A stretch of 55,325 nucleotides of DNA, from positions 1-55,325 of the forward strand of contig CALKLC010000146.1 of NCBI GenBank assembly GCA_937991975.1, written 5' to 3'. The stretch comes from an uncultured Spirochaetales bacterium. GTDB lineage: Bacteria; Spirochaetota; Spirochaetia; DTKZ01. Position numbers and translations under genes: made by a program. Under the pieces are notes generated by a model. That model did no database searches and had not been told where the DNA came from. It worked only from the letters and a program-made list of their open reading frames with translations. Positions 25,557 to 36,679 of this stretch are shown in pieces; positions within the stretch are counted from its first letter, which is position 1; every line of letters starts with the position of its first letter.

Positions 25557-27074
25557 TTACCCTTTGGAAGAATGTTCTCGAATCGTGCGGATCAGGTGCT
25601 GAATGATGGGCTCCAGCGTGGGATCCATCCGCATCCGGGTTTCGATCTTTTGACAGGCATGCATCACCGTAGTGTGGTCCCTTCCTCCGAACTCGAGTCC
25701 TACCTCTGTGGTGGAGTACTCGGTGATCTCGCGGGCAATGTACATGGCTACCTGACGGGGAAAGGCGATCGCTTTGGTTCTCTTTTTTCCGTTTAGATCC
25801 GAGTAGGTAAGCCCGAAGTACTCAGCAACAGTTTTCTTGATGATATCCATCGTAACGTTGTTCTGCCTGGGGCTGGAGAACATGTCCTTCAACTGGGATT
25901 GGGCAATTTCCAGGGTGATGTTCTTGTTAACCAGTTCCGCATAGGCGATGATCTTGGTGAGGGCAGCCTCCAGGTCCCTGACGTTCGTGGTGACCTTGCT
26001 ACAGATCAGGTTCAGTACCTCTTCGGGTATGGCTACATGGGATAGCTCTATCTTCTTTTTCAGGATGGCGTACCGTGTTTCGAAGGAGGGAGGTTGGAGG
26101 TCCACGTTCAACCCTCGTTCGAATCGACTGCGTAGCCGATCGGATAGAGATTTGATTTCCGATACAGGACGGTCGCAGGTAAAGACCATCTGCTTATTCG
26201 CTTCATAGAGGGCGTTGAAAGTATGGAACAACTCTTCCTGTGTTTCCTCTTTATTCTGCAGGAAGTGAATATCGTCGATCAGAAGAACATCCGCATTCCG
26301 GTACTTGTTCTTGAACTTATAGATGTTCTTGTCCCGTAATCCCTGGATGAACTCGTTGGTGAAGTTTTCTGCCGTTACGTACACTACTTTGAAATCGGGG
26401 AACTCTGAGTACACTGAATGCCCGATGGACTGGATCAGGTGGGTCTTGCCCAGCCCTACTCCCCCGTAGATGAGGCAGGGATTGTAGGCAGTGCCCGGAT
26501 TTTTAGCGATAGCGATGGCTGCGTTGGCTGCAAAGGAGTTGTTCACCCCAATGACGAAGTTTTCGAAAGTATACTCTTTTCGAAGTTGAGGATGGAGACC
26601 GCGGCTTTTCTTCTGGAGTGCACCCGCCGTGGGCAAGGACGCCGAGGTTACCGAAGGTGCAAAGCTTTCTGAGGAATTAGAGTTTCCTGTTCGAGATACG
26701 GATCCTTTTGGGAGTGTTGTTGGAGGGTCTGAGATCCCCATTTCCCCCTGAGCTGAGCCATTAGAGGAAGCAGAGGTGCTTTCTTTACTCGCAGTAGGTT
26801 GTTTCTTTTTTACGGTGAGGGTAATGGCTATTTTGAATCCTGACAGATCAAGAAGTTTTTCCTCGAGAAGGGATTGGTAGCGCTGCTTCACCTGGTCCTT
26901 GTAGAAGGACGAGGGTACGGAGAGGACGATTTCCCCTTCTTTGGAACCCTCATAGGTAAGGTTGGAAAACCACATGAGGTACTCTTGATCTGATATTTCT
27001 GATCGTATTTGCTGGATCGCCTCTTTCCAGAAAACGCCATAATCCCACGTCGTATCAGCCATATATCGATCCAT
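25557..27074 (-). CDS. dnaA: Chromosomal replication initiator DnaA
   Basis: 505 aa. AAA+ GGVGLGKTHL, LLIDDIHFL, the C-terminal DNA-binding region KKRTKAIAFPRQVAMYIAREIT...IGLEFGGRDHTTVMHA. RBS AAGGA lies 9 nt upstream. Confidence 0.97.
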   Translation of the reverse strand: MDRYMADTTWDYGVFWKEAIQQIRSEISDQEYLMWFSNLTYEGSKEGEIVLSVPSSFYKDQVKQRYQSLLEEKLLDLSGFKIAITLTVKKKQPTASKESTSASSNGSAQGEMGISDPPTTLPKGSVSRTGNSNSSESFAPSVTSASLPTAGALQKKSRGLHPQLRKEYTFENFVIGVNNSFAANAAIAIAKNPGTAYNPCLIYGGVGLGKTHLIQSIGHSVYSEFPDFKVVYVTAENFTNEFIQGLRDKNIYKFKNKYRNADVLLIDDIHFLQNKEETQEELFHTFNALYEANKQMVFTCDRPVSEIKSLSDRLRSRFERGLNVDLQPPSFETRYAILKKKIELSHVAIPEEVLNLICSKVTTNVRDLEAALTKIIAYAELVNKNITLEIAQSQLKDMFSSPRQNNVTMDIIKKTVAEYFGLTYSDLNGKKRTKAIAFPRQVAMYIAREITEYSTTEVGLEFGGRDHTTVMHACQKIETRMRMDPTLEPIIQHLIRTIREHSSKG

Positions 27075-27126
27075 TTTACGACATCCTTAGCTTCTTCGCA
27101 ACGCTCGGGCGACTTATTCTTTTTAA

Positions 27127-27146
27127 AGTGGTGCCAAAATTGTGGC
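27127..27146 (+). repeat. Conserved 20-mer AGTGGTGCCAAAATTGTGGC (copy in the dnaA-gyrB spacer)
   Basis: Exact copy of 3701..3720 and 12634..12653. Lies 53 nt upstream of the dnaA ATG (opposite strand) and 100 nt upstream of the gyrB ATG. Confidence 0.9.
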
Positions 27147-27167
27147 GGTTGCACAGGCTGTATCTAA

Positions 27168-29153
<1,986 letters not shown>

Positions 29154-29186
29154 TCCGTTCTATCTTTCTCGTAAGGAAGGAAGGCA

Positions 29187-31610
29187 GTGGCAGAATCGAA
29201 AGAAACGGTAATTCCCATAGCGATCGAAGACGAAGTAAAGACCTCATACCTTAACTACGCCATGTCCGTCATCGTGGCACGGGCGCTCCCCGATGTGCGG
29301 GATGGATTGAAACCAGTACACAGGCGGATCCTCTATGCGATGCACGAAATGGGGGTTCGCTCCAATCAACCGTACAAGAAAACGGGAAGGATCGTGGGGG
29401 ATGTACTGGGAAAGTACCACCCCCATGGGGATATGAGTATCTACGATGCTCTTGTACGACTCGCCCAGGACTTTTCCCTCCGGTATCCGCTGATTCAGGG
29501 GCAGGGGAACTTCGGTTCCATCGATGGAGATCCGCCCGCAGCGATGCGGTACACCGAAGCCCGCATGACGAGGCTGGCCGAAGAGATGCTCCGGGACATC
29601 AACAAGGAAACGGTCGATTTCGGTCCCAATTACGACGATTCTCTTCAAGAGCCCAGGGTGTTACCGGCGGCCTTTCCGTTCCTGCTTGCCAATGGGGGAA
29701 GCGGGATCGCGGTGGGGATGGCCACGAACATTCCTCCCCACAACCTGCGGGAGATCTGTAATGCCATAGCCCACTACATCGATCATCCGGAAGACCCTGT
29801 GGAAGAGTTGATGCGGCATGTGAAAGGTCCCGATTTCCCGACGGGTGGAACGATCTACGGAATCAAGGGGATCCGGGAGGCGTATACCACGGGAAGAGGA
29901 AGGATCGTGGTTCGGGCCCGATTCACCATTGAAACCACCAAAAGCGGGAAAGACATGATCATCATTACCGAAATCCCCTACATGGTAAACAAAGCAGCCC
30001 TCATTATGAAGATTGCCGATCTGGTGAAGGAGAAGAACCTGGATGGGATTTCGGATCTCCGGGATGAATCGGATCGGGATGGGATGCGGATCGTGATCGA
30101 ACTGAAGAAGGGGGTCAGTCCCAAGATCATCCTGAACTTCCTTTTCACCCATACCCAGCTTCAGGTGAACTTCGGGGTGAACAACCTTGCTCTGGTGGAC
30201 GGCAGGCCGAAAACGCTGAACCTGAAGGAGATGATCGCCTACTACGTGGACCACCGGAAGGAGGTGGTGATCCGGCGGAGTAAGTACGATCTACGCAAAG
30301 CCGAGGAACGGGCCCATATCCTGGAAGGGTTGAAGATCGCCCTGGAGAATATCGATGAGGTGATTGCCATCATCAAATCTTCTGGAACCGTAGAGATCGC
30401 CCGAACCCGGTTGATCGAGCGATTCCGCCTGTCCGAGATCCAGGCACAGGCGATCCTCGACATGCGCCTCCAGAGACTCACAAGTTTAGAGACAAAAAAG
30501 ATAATAGAAGAATTAGAAGAAACACTCGCCCTCATAGCCCAGTTGAAGGATCTCCTTTCCAGTGAGCAGAAGATCCTCCAGGTGGTAAAGAGGGAACTCC
30601 TGGAACTGGCGATCCAATATGGGGATGATCGACGGACAATGATCTTTCCGGATGAGATCGAAGGTCTCAATATCGAAGACCTGATCCAACGGGAGGACAT
30701 GGTGGTGATGCTTTCCAGCCGGGGATTCATTAAACGGGTCCCTGCTACGGCCTACCGGCTACAGGCAAGGGGGGGCAAAGGATCCTTATCCACCGTACTG
30801 AAGGAGGAAGACTATATCACCCATGTGTTTGTCGCCTCCACCCACGATTACATTCTCTTTATATCGAGCGAAGGGAAAGCGTACTACCTGAAAGTCCATG
30901 AGATCCCTGAAGGATCGAAGAACTCCCGGGGGCAACATATCAAGACCCTAATTTCCATTTCACCCAACGAAGATATTGCGGCTGTTGTTGAGTTAGCTCA
31001 ATTCTCCGATTCCACCTACATCCTCTTTGCCACACGGAAGGGGGTCATCAAGAAGGTGACTACCTCGGACTTCGAAAATGCCCGGACCCGCGGGATCATG
31101 GCGATTCGGCTCGATTCAGGGGACAAGGTAGTGAAAGGCCTTCTCACTGATGGAAAGCAGGAGTTACTGCTACTGACACGGAAAGGCCGAGCCCTGCGGT
31201 TCCATGAGGACAATGTACGTCCCATGGGGAGGAGTAGCCGGGGTGTGCAGGGGATCCGGCTTTCCTCGGGGGATGAGCTGGCAGGGGCTGTACTGATCGA
31301 GCCGAAGAAACAGGTGCTGCTGATTACTGAGTTCGGTTACGGGAAACGTCTCGACTTCGATAGTTTCCAGCCCCATGGAAGGGCCACCGGTGGCCAGATT
31401 GCCTACAAGATCACACCAAAGACCGGCGAGGTGTCTGGAGGCTTATCCGTAGAGGAAGACGATGAACTGGTTGTGATTACCTCACAGGGGAATGCACTGA
31501 AGCTTCGAGCGAAGGATATACCCACACAGGGGCGGGCAGCGCATGGGGTGAGGATGGTGGATCTTGAACAGCCCGACTTTGTAGTCGGTATAGACATCAC
31601 TCAAAGCTAA
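29187..31610 (+). CDS. gyrA: DNA gyrase subunit A
   Basis: 807 aa, GTG start after [49 protein letters not shown] (catalytic Tyr), C-terminal beta-pinwheel repeats. Confidence 0.98.
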   Translation: MAESKETVIPIAIEDEVKTSYLNYAMSVIVARALPDVRDGLKPVHRRILYAMHEMGVRSNQPYKKTGRIVGDVLGKYHPHGDMSIYDALVRLAQDFSLRYPLIQGQGNFGSIDGDPPAAMRYTEARMTRLAEEMLRDINKETVDFGPNYDDSLQEPRVLPAAFPFLLANGGSGIAVGMATNIPPHNLREICNAIAHYIDHPEDPVEELMRHVKGPDFPTGGTIYGIKGIREAYTTGRGRIVVRARFTIETTKSGKDMIIITEIPYMVNKAALIMKIADLVKEKNLDGISDLRDESDRDGMRIVIELKKGVSPKIILNFLFTHTQLQVNFGVNNLALVDGRPKTLNLKEMIAYYVDHRKEVVIRRSKYDLRKAEERAHILEGLKIALENIDEVIAIIKSSGTVEIARTRLIERFRLSEIQAQAILDMRLQRLTSLETKKIIEELEETLALIAQLKDLLSSEQKILQVVKRELLELAIQYGDDRRTMIFPDEIEGLNIEDLIQREDMVVMLSSRGFIKRVPATAYRLQARGGKGSLSTVLKEEDYITHVFVASTHDYILFISSEGKAYYLKVHEIPEGSKNSRGQHIKTLISISPNEDIAAVVELAQFSDSTYILFATRKGVIKKVTTSDFENARTRGIMAIRLDSGDKVVKGLLTDGKQELLLLTRKGRALRFHEDNVRPMGRSSRGVQGIRLSSGDELAGAVLIEPKKQVLLITEFGYGKRLDFDSFQPHGRATGGQIAYKITPKTGEVSGGLSVEEDDELVVITSQGNALKLRAKDIPTQGRAAHGVRMVDLEQPDFVVGIDITQS

Positions 31611-32777
31611 CTACTTCAGCGAACCTTGTGTATATCCCCTACAGGCATACTTAGGGAGGTATTCCTCTTTCTTCTTCAAGGGAGTCTTATACCTTCGGAA
31701 ATAGAGAGCTTCCCAAAGGGGGGTCAACGGTTCGTGCGAGAGGAAGAAGCGCTGTTCATAGACGGAATCCAGTTTTTTCTTAAACTTTTCGGATGGGATC
31801 CCAGCCAGCAGGGCATGGGGGGGTAAGCGGAGGGCTCCCCAGTGGATGCGGTAGGGTTTCTGGTAGTTGTGGTACAGGAGGTAGCAGAGGAGGCGGGAAA
31901 GGCCATTCTGTACGTTGCGGGTGAAGCAGATGGATTTACGGTGATAGGCTGCGATGTCTTTGGTGAGTTCTCGGTCGATGTAGTTGGAGGGGAACAGGGG
32001 GTTATGGAGGGTACGGGGGAGTTTGGAAGAGGTACGGCGGTGGGAGAGCTGATTCTTTTCGAGGGCTTGCTGGAGGAAGGGGACTTTTCGGAGGGCGGCG
32101 GGGTAGGCGGGGTGTTTATCGGTGTAGAGGGTGAGGGTGGGGTAGGAAGAAGGGTTCCAGTAGGTGGAGAGATCCTGGAGGAGGGAGGCGAAGGAAGTGG
32201 AGAGGGCCCCGCGAGGGGGTTTGGGCAGGGCCTGTAAGGGATGCGGGGGGTTTTTCTGTTCGGGGGAGGGGGTTCCTTTGTGTCGGAGGGTGGCATGGGA
32301 GATGCCGTAGATGAATTGGGAGACCTTGCCGACGGTGAGGTTGATATTGTTGGGGAAGAAGTGGTTCAGATCGAAGCGTTCATACCCGTCAGCGGTGAGG
32401 TCTTCGTGGAGCTGGTGGGAGCGAAGGATGTGCTGGTGCAGGAGAAGGGCGTTTCGGCTGAGTCGATCGATGCGGTTTTGGATGGAAGCGGGGGAGCAGT
32501 GCAGGAGTCGGGCGATGGAGCTGAGGTTTTGTCCGGAGCAAAGGGCCTGATGGAGGGTGGGATAGGGGAGGGAACGTTTGGTGTAGTAATCCAACTGGAA
32601 AGTTCGGGTACTAAAGGTTTTTCCACAGGCTTTACACCGGTATCGGGTGACAGGCCCTACGACCTGGGTGTGGTAGGAACCGATCCGTACGATGGGGACG
32701 GCCCGGTGAGGCTCCTTCCCTGTGGGAAGAGAGTGATACGCACAGGCAGGGTTGGGACAGAAGGATGGGTGGAACAT
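31611..32777 (-). CDS. Transposase, Zn-ribbon + DDE type (IS1/IS1595-like; family uncertain)
   Basis: 388 aa. N-terminal CPNPAC...YRCKACGKTFS zinc ribbon, an HTH-like segment (LSSIARLLHCSPASIQNRIDRL), ADGYERF and TDKHPAY, and SNYIDRELTKDIAAYHRKSICFTRN resembling the C-terminal DDE region of IS1/IS1595-type enzymes. Confidence 0.7.
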   Translation of the reverse strand: MFHPSFCPNPACAYHSLPTGKEPHRAVPIVRIGSYHTQVVGPVTRYRCKACGKTFSTRTFQLDYYTKRSLPYPTLHQALCSGQNLSSIARLLHCSPASIQNRIDRLSRNALLLHQHILRSHQLHEDLTADGYERFDLNHFFPNNINLTVGKVSQFIYGISHATLRHKGTPSPEQKNPPHPLQALPKPPRGALSTSFASLLQDLSTYWNPSSYPTLTLYTDKHPAYPAALRKVPFLQQALEKNQLSHRRTSSKLPRTLHNPLFPSNYIDRELTKDIAAYHRKSICFTRNVQNGLSRLLCYLLYHNYQKPYRIHWGALRLPPHALLAGIPSEKFKKKLDSVYEQRFFLSHEPLTPLWEALYFRRYKTPLKKKEEYLPKYACRGYTQGSLK

Positions 32778-32858
32778 AGGTACCTCCGATCCTTCTTACA
32801 GAGGAAACTTACAAGTTGCTTGGGTTTTTCTATTCCATACACAAGGTTCGATGAAGTA
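31612..32858 (-). mobile_element. Insertion sequence (about 1247 bp) with 22-bp terminal inverted repeats
   Basis: TACTTCAGCGAACCTTGTGTAT at 31612-31633 against the reverse complement of 32837-32858 (TACTTCATCGAACCTTGTGTAT), 21/22. Encloses a single transposase ORF. No obvious target-site duplication. Confidence 0.75.
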
Positions 32859-32864
32859 AAGAGG

Positions 32865-32880
32865 TGTTTCACGTGAAACA
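32865..32880. promoter_or_regulatory. parS centromere-like site (perfect palindrome TGTTTCACGTGAAACA)
   Basis: Exact match to the canonical 16-bp ParB-binding consensus. Lies 6 bp outside the IS right end and about 2 kb from parAB. Confidence 0.85.
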
Positions 32881-32884
32881 AAGG

Positions 32885-33943
32885 TTAGATCTGGGAATCA
32901 AACTTTTCCTTAAACCTCTCTACCTCCCTTCTATACTCATCTCCTATCCTTTCCCTCTCTTTTGCCGGTAAAAAAGAAGCATTAAGAGCGGTAAGGTTCA
33001 ATGCGGTGAACTCTTCGATACTGAACTTGAAGTAGTTGGCAGCTTTTACATAATCATCGGAAAGGTCTGTGTCCTGAATTGTAGGATCATCGGAATTGAT
33101 GGTTACAGGTACTCCTAATCGAAAGAGCCTTCCCAGAGGATGGTTTGTTTCATCTGGCCAGGACCCGGTTTGGTAGTTCGAGGTTATGCACTGTTCCAGT
33201 ACAATGAATCGTTCCTTTAAGAGCTGTTGGAGGGAAGGATCCGTTATGGTGGCAGTTCCATGCCCTATTCGGGAGGCACCTAGTTCGATGGCTGACCATA
33301 TTTCTGAGGAAGGGGTAACTTCTCCTGCATGAATGGTTGATTTATAGATGTTGTCTGAATGAATTGTTTTAAACAGATTTTTGAAAAGGCTTATGGGATA
33401 ATTTTGTTCGTCCCCTGCTAGATCTATTCCGACAATATCGGTAAGGTTTAAGGAGGCAATTGCTTTATAGAGGTTGTACATCCCCTGCTCATCCTGTTTT
33501 CCTCGGTTGAGGGTAATCAGGTATTTGATCTTGAAACCTGCCTCCTGCGCAGCTTTGTTCCCAGCCTCTACGATAAGTCTGGTGATTTCTCGCCGATCGT
33601 AGTTGTTCTGAAGAGAAAAATGTTCTGGAGAAAAACGAAGTTCGATATAGAAAATTCCATCAGCTTTCAGGTTTTTTACTGATGCGTAGGTGATGTTATA
33701 CACATCTTCGTATGACCTGTACCAGTCGTTTTTAAACTTCGAGAGAAATAGCTGGAAATCTGGTTTTGATTCTTTTGGGAATTGTACGTACTGTTTGAAA
33801 GCATTGAACGCTTTCGGTACATCTAGCCCATTTTTTAGAGCGATTTTATGCCAGGTAGGCAAGTCGAAAGTGCCTTCCAGATGACGATGCAACTCTACTT
33901 TAGGGAAGTGAGTAAAAAAAAATTTTTGTTCTTTTTTGGGCAT
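32885..33943 (-). CDS. add: Adenosine deaminase
   Basis: 352 aa. VELHRHLEGT, IHAGE, ASRIGHG and TINSDDPT metal/catalytic motifs. Visibly lower GC than its neighbours. Confidence 0.85.
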   Translation of the reverse strand: MPKKEQKFFFTHFPKVELHRHLEGTFDLPTWHKIALKNGLDVPKAFNAFKQYVQFPKESKPDFQLFLSKFKNDWYRSYEDVYNITYASVKNLKADGIFYIELRFSPEHFSLQNNYDRREITRLIVEAGNKAAQEAGFKIKYLITLNRGKQDEQGMYNLYKAIASLNLTDIVGIDLAGDEQNYPISLFKNLFKTIHSDNIYKSTIHAGEVTPSSEIWSAIELGASRIGHGTATITDPSLQQLLKERFIVLEQCITSNYQTGSWPDETNHPLGRLFRLGVPVTINSDDPTIQDTDLSDDYVKAANYFKFSIEEFTALNLTALNASFLPAKERERIGDEYRREVERFKEKFDSQI

Positions 33944-34555
33944 GTTCCAGTTCCTTCACGATTTGACCAATTATACTATAAATCTACACTATTTAGTAAA
34001 TTTTTCAAGAAACAGAAGTAAGAAGTTCTTTTTACCACAGTTGATTACCTATTCGCATCACACAAATTGTCTGCTGACAAGGCGGTATGCTATAAGACAA
34101 GACTTTAAGGGACTGTTATTGGTAGGTAACCCATTTGTACCCAAAACCGCCTGTCATTAATACACACGGTATACAACTATCCACTAACGCAGCCCGTTCT
34201 TCATGCACCTCAAAAGATCAAGGCTTCCCTCATATATCAACTTACGAATCCATTTTAACTTGTAAATGCAAACCCTGCCCCAAAATTTTGATCTAACGAT
34301 ATCTATGAATAATTTTCGATATCTATGGATTTTTAATGTTGAACTATACTCTAGTTACATGCTGAGCGACACATGGCTTTTCTATGTAGCACTATCGCTA
34401 CGCTCTATGTTTTTTATCGGGTTAACCAGTGCCCCCTTTTTATTCGGTACTGGCTGTGATCTCTATGTTTCGAAGACAGAGAGAATTTTCCTTTTCATTT
34501 AAGGTACAGGAATAATCTGCATCGCCTGGTTTTTAGCACGCGGTTTAGCCCTGGC

Positions 34556-34783
34556 TTATAGCAAGGATTCCACCGAACTGATTTCTGGTACCACTTTCTT
34601 CAAGTACCGTTCCACCCCTTGCTTCAGGGTCAGCTGGGACATGGGACACCCATGGCAGGCGCCGGTTAGCTTCACCGTTACTTTCCCCGACTCATCCACA
34701 TCTACCAGTTCGATATCGCCCCCGTCCATCTGAAGGGATGGACGAACATCTTCGATCGCAGCTTGCACTTTCTCTTTCAGCAT
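34556..34783 (-). CDS. NifU C-terminal-domain (Nfu-like) Fe-S cluster protein
   Basis: 75 aa. IRPSLQMDGGDIELVDV...GACHGCPMSQLTLK. Confidence 0.85.
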   Translation of the reverse strand: MLKEKVQAAIEDVRPSLQMDGGDIELVDVDESGKVTVKLTGACHGCPMSQLTLKQGVERYLKKVVPEISSVESLL

Positions 34784-34872
34784 ATATTCTCCTCTGGTAA
34801 TACTTACTAATTTAGTATCGATTTGTCAATGAGGACTGTATTTTTCACACGTATTTCTGTATACTGAGCCCG

Positions 34873-35628
34873 ATGGGAAAGACGATTGTTTTTGCCAACC
34901 AGAAGGGGGGAGTGGGAAAAACCACTACCGCATGCAACCTGGGCGCCTACCTCGCAGAAGCGGGGAAAACTGTTCTCCTGATCGATTTCGACCCGCAGGG
35001 CAACTTATCCAGCAGTGTTGGTGCGAAGAACAATGGTAAAGGGATCTACGAGGCGATCAACGGCAAGGCTTCTATCGAAGAGGTGATTCAGACTACCCCC
35101 GTGGAGAACCTCTACATCGCCGCTTCCAGTGTGAATCTCACTGGTGCCAACGTGGAACTTGTGGATCAGAAGGATCGAGCGTTTTTTCTTCGAAGGACTC
35201 TCGAGCCCGTAAAGGAGCGGTATGATTATCTTTTCATCGATTGTCCTCCTTCCCTGGGGATCCTGACACTGAATGGACTGGTCGCGGCCGATTCGGTGAT
35301 CATCCCCCTCCAGTGTGAGTACTTTGCTTTGGAAGGTCTCAGTCTCCTGTTGGAAACGGTAAAACGGATACAAACCGGCATGAACCCATCCCTTGAAATT
35401 GGGGGAATCCTCTTCACCATGTACGACTCCCGGACACGGTTAGCGAATGATGTGGTAAAGGAAGTATGTGGTTATTTCGGCAAGAAGGTGTTCAAAACGA
35501 TCATCCCACGGAACGTCCGGCTGTCAGAGGCCCCATCCCATTCGGTCCCCATAAATCTGTATGATCCCACCTGTGTGGGGGCCAAGAGTTACCAGAAACT
35601 CGCGGAAGAGGTGATAGAGCGTGTCTAA
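34873..35628 (+). CDS. parA: Chromosome partitioning ATPase ParA/Soj
   Basis: 251 aa. Deviant Walker A NQKGGVGKTTT, IDFDPQGN, DYLFIDCPPSLG. Confidence 0.93.
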   Translation: MGKTIVFANQKGGVGKTTTACNLGAYLAEAGKTVLLIDFDPQGNLSSSVGAKNNGKGIYEAINGKASIEEVIQTTPVENLYIAASSVNLTGANVELVDQKDRAFFLRRTLEPVKERYDYLFIDCPPSLGILTLNGLVAADSVIIPLQCEYFALEGLSLLLETVKRIQTGMNPSLEIGGILFTMYDSRTRLANDVVKEVCGYFGKKVFKTIIPRNVRLSEAPSHSVPINLYDPTCVGAKSYQKLAEEVIERV

Positions 35629-36496
35629 GCGAGCACTGGGAAAAGGTATAGATGCTCTTTTCCAATCCTTTACTGAAGAGGGAAAAGCCGAGCCTCTTTC
35701 TCAGGGGTACGAAGTGCTGGAGGTATCCCGCCTGGTCCCGAATCCCCATCAGCCGAGGAAAGAGTTCAAACAGGAAACGTTAGAAGAATTGGCCGTATCC
35801 ATCCGTGCAAAAGGGGTGCTGCAGCCCCTTTTGGTAGAACCACGGGATGATGGCTCCTACACGATCGTGGCAGGGGAACGGAGGTATCGAGCTGCGATGC
35901 TGGCAGGACTAAAGAAGGTACCTGTCATCATCCGTACGTTTACCGAACAGGAACGGTTGGAGATTGCCTTGATCGAGAATCTCCAGCGGGAGGACCTGAC
36001 CCCGATCGAAGAAGCAAAGGCGTATCGCACGTTGATGGAAACCTCTGGCCTGAGTCAGGAGGAACTGGCAGAGCGGATCGGAAAGAACCGTTCCACTATC
36101 GCCAATACCCTTAGGCTTTTGAAACTTCCCGAAGATATGCAGGATGCGATCCATACAGGTTCAATTTCGCCGGGCCATGCCCGGGCCATCCTTTCGATCG
36201 TGAATCCCGCGGATATGCGAATCTTGTTCAACCGGATTCTGGCAAAGGGGCTTTCAGTTCGGGAAGCAGAGACGATGGCAGCCGAGTTGAACAAGGGATC
36301 CCGTGCAGCGGAGCCGGAAAAGGAATCTTCTTACCCAAGGCAACGGCATCTCGAACTGCAGGAGATGGAACAGCGCCTTCTGAATGTTCTGGGGACAAAG
36401 GTGCGGATCCGGGGAAATGGAAAACGTGGCACCATCGAGATCGCTTACTTTTCCACGGAAGATCTGGAACGAATAATCGAAATACTGGAACATTAA
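35621..36496 (+). CDS. parB: Chromosome partitioning protein ParB/Spo0J
   Basis: 291 aa, GTG start overlapping the parA end. NPHQPRKEF, IVAGERRYRAA, ENLQREDLTPIEEA, HTH SQEELAERIGKNRSTIANTLRLL. Confidence 0.93.
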   Translation: MSKRALGKGIDALFQSFTEEGKAEPLSQGYEVLEVSRLVPNPHQPRKEFKQETLEELAVSIRAKGVLQPLLVEPRDDGSYTIVAGERRYRAAMLAGLKKVPVIIRTFTEQERLEIALIENLQREDLTPIEEAKAYRTLMETSGLSQEELAERIGKNRSTIANTLRLLKLPEDMQDAIHTGSISPGHARAILSIVNPADMRILFNRILAKGLSVREAETMAAELNKGSRAAEPEKESSYPRQRHLELQEMEQRLLNVLGTKVRIRGNGKRGTIEIAYFSTEDLERIIEILEH

Positions 36497-36679
36497 AACT
36501 TCGAAAGTGTGGGGAGTTTCCCTAAAGCCGATGCCGGGATCAACGAATCGGGGAGATGCTAAGATAACATCCTGTACAGAATGCAGGGCGCCTGGTACTG
36601 AGAATGACCTGTAGAATCTGGGAAGGTTGGGGAAAAAAGCTCTATTTGCAGTCCTCCATGAAAGTGTATAGCCGCGCTC

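Noticed and set aside
31842-32876. Gly/Glu/Val-rich plus-strand ORFs (131 and 211 aa) inside the IS
   Set aside because: They are antisense to the transposase ORF, which has Zn-ribbon and DDE-like motifs. Their composition reflects the G-rich strand rather than coding.
34266-34502. 78-aa hydrophobic ORF in the AT-rich gap after add
   Set aside because: No RBS, no recognisable family, and its composition is typical of random ORFs in AT-rich DNA. It is mentioned only as context in the low-GC finding.
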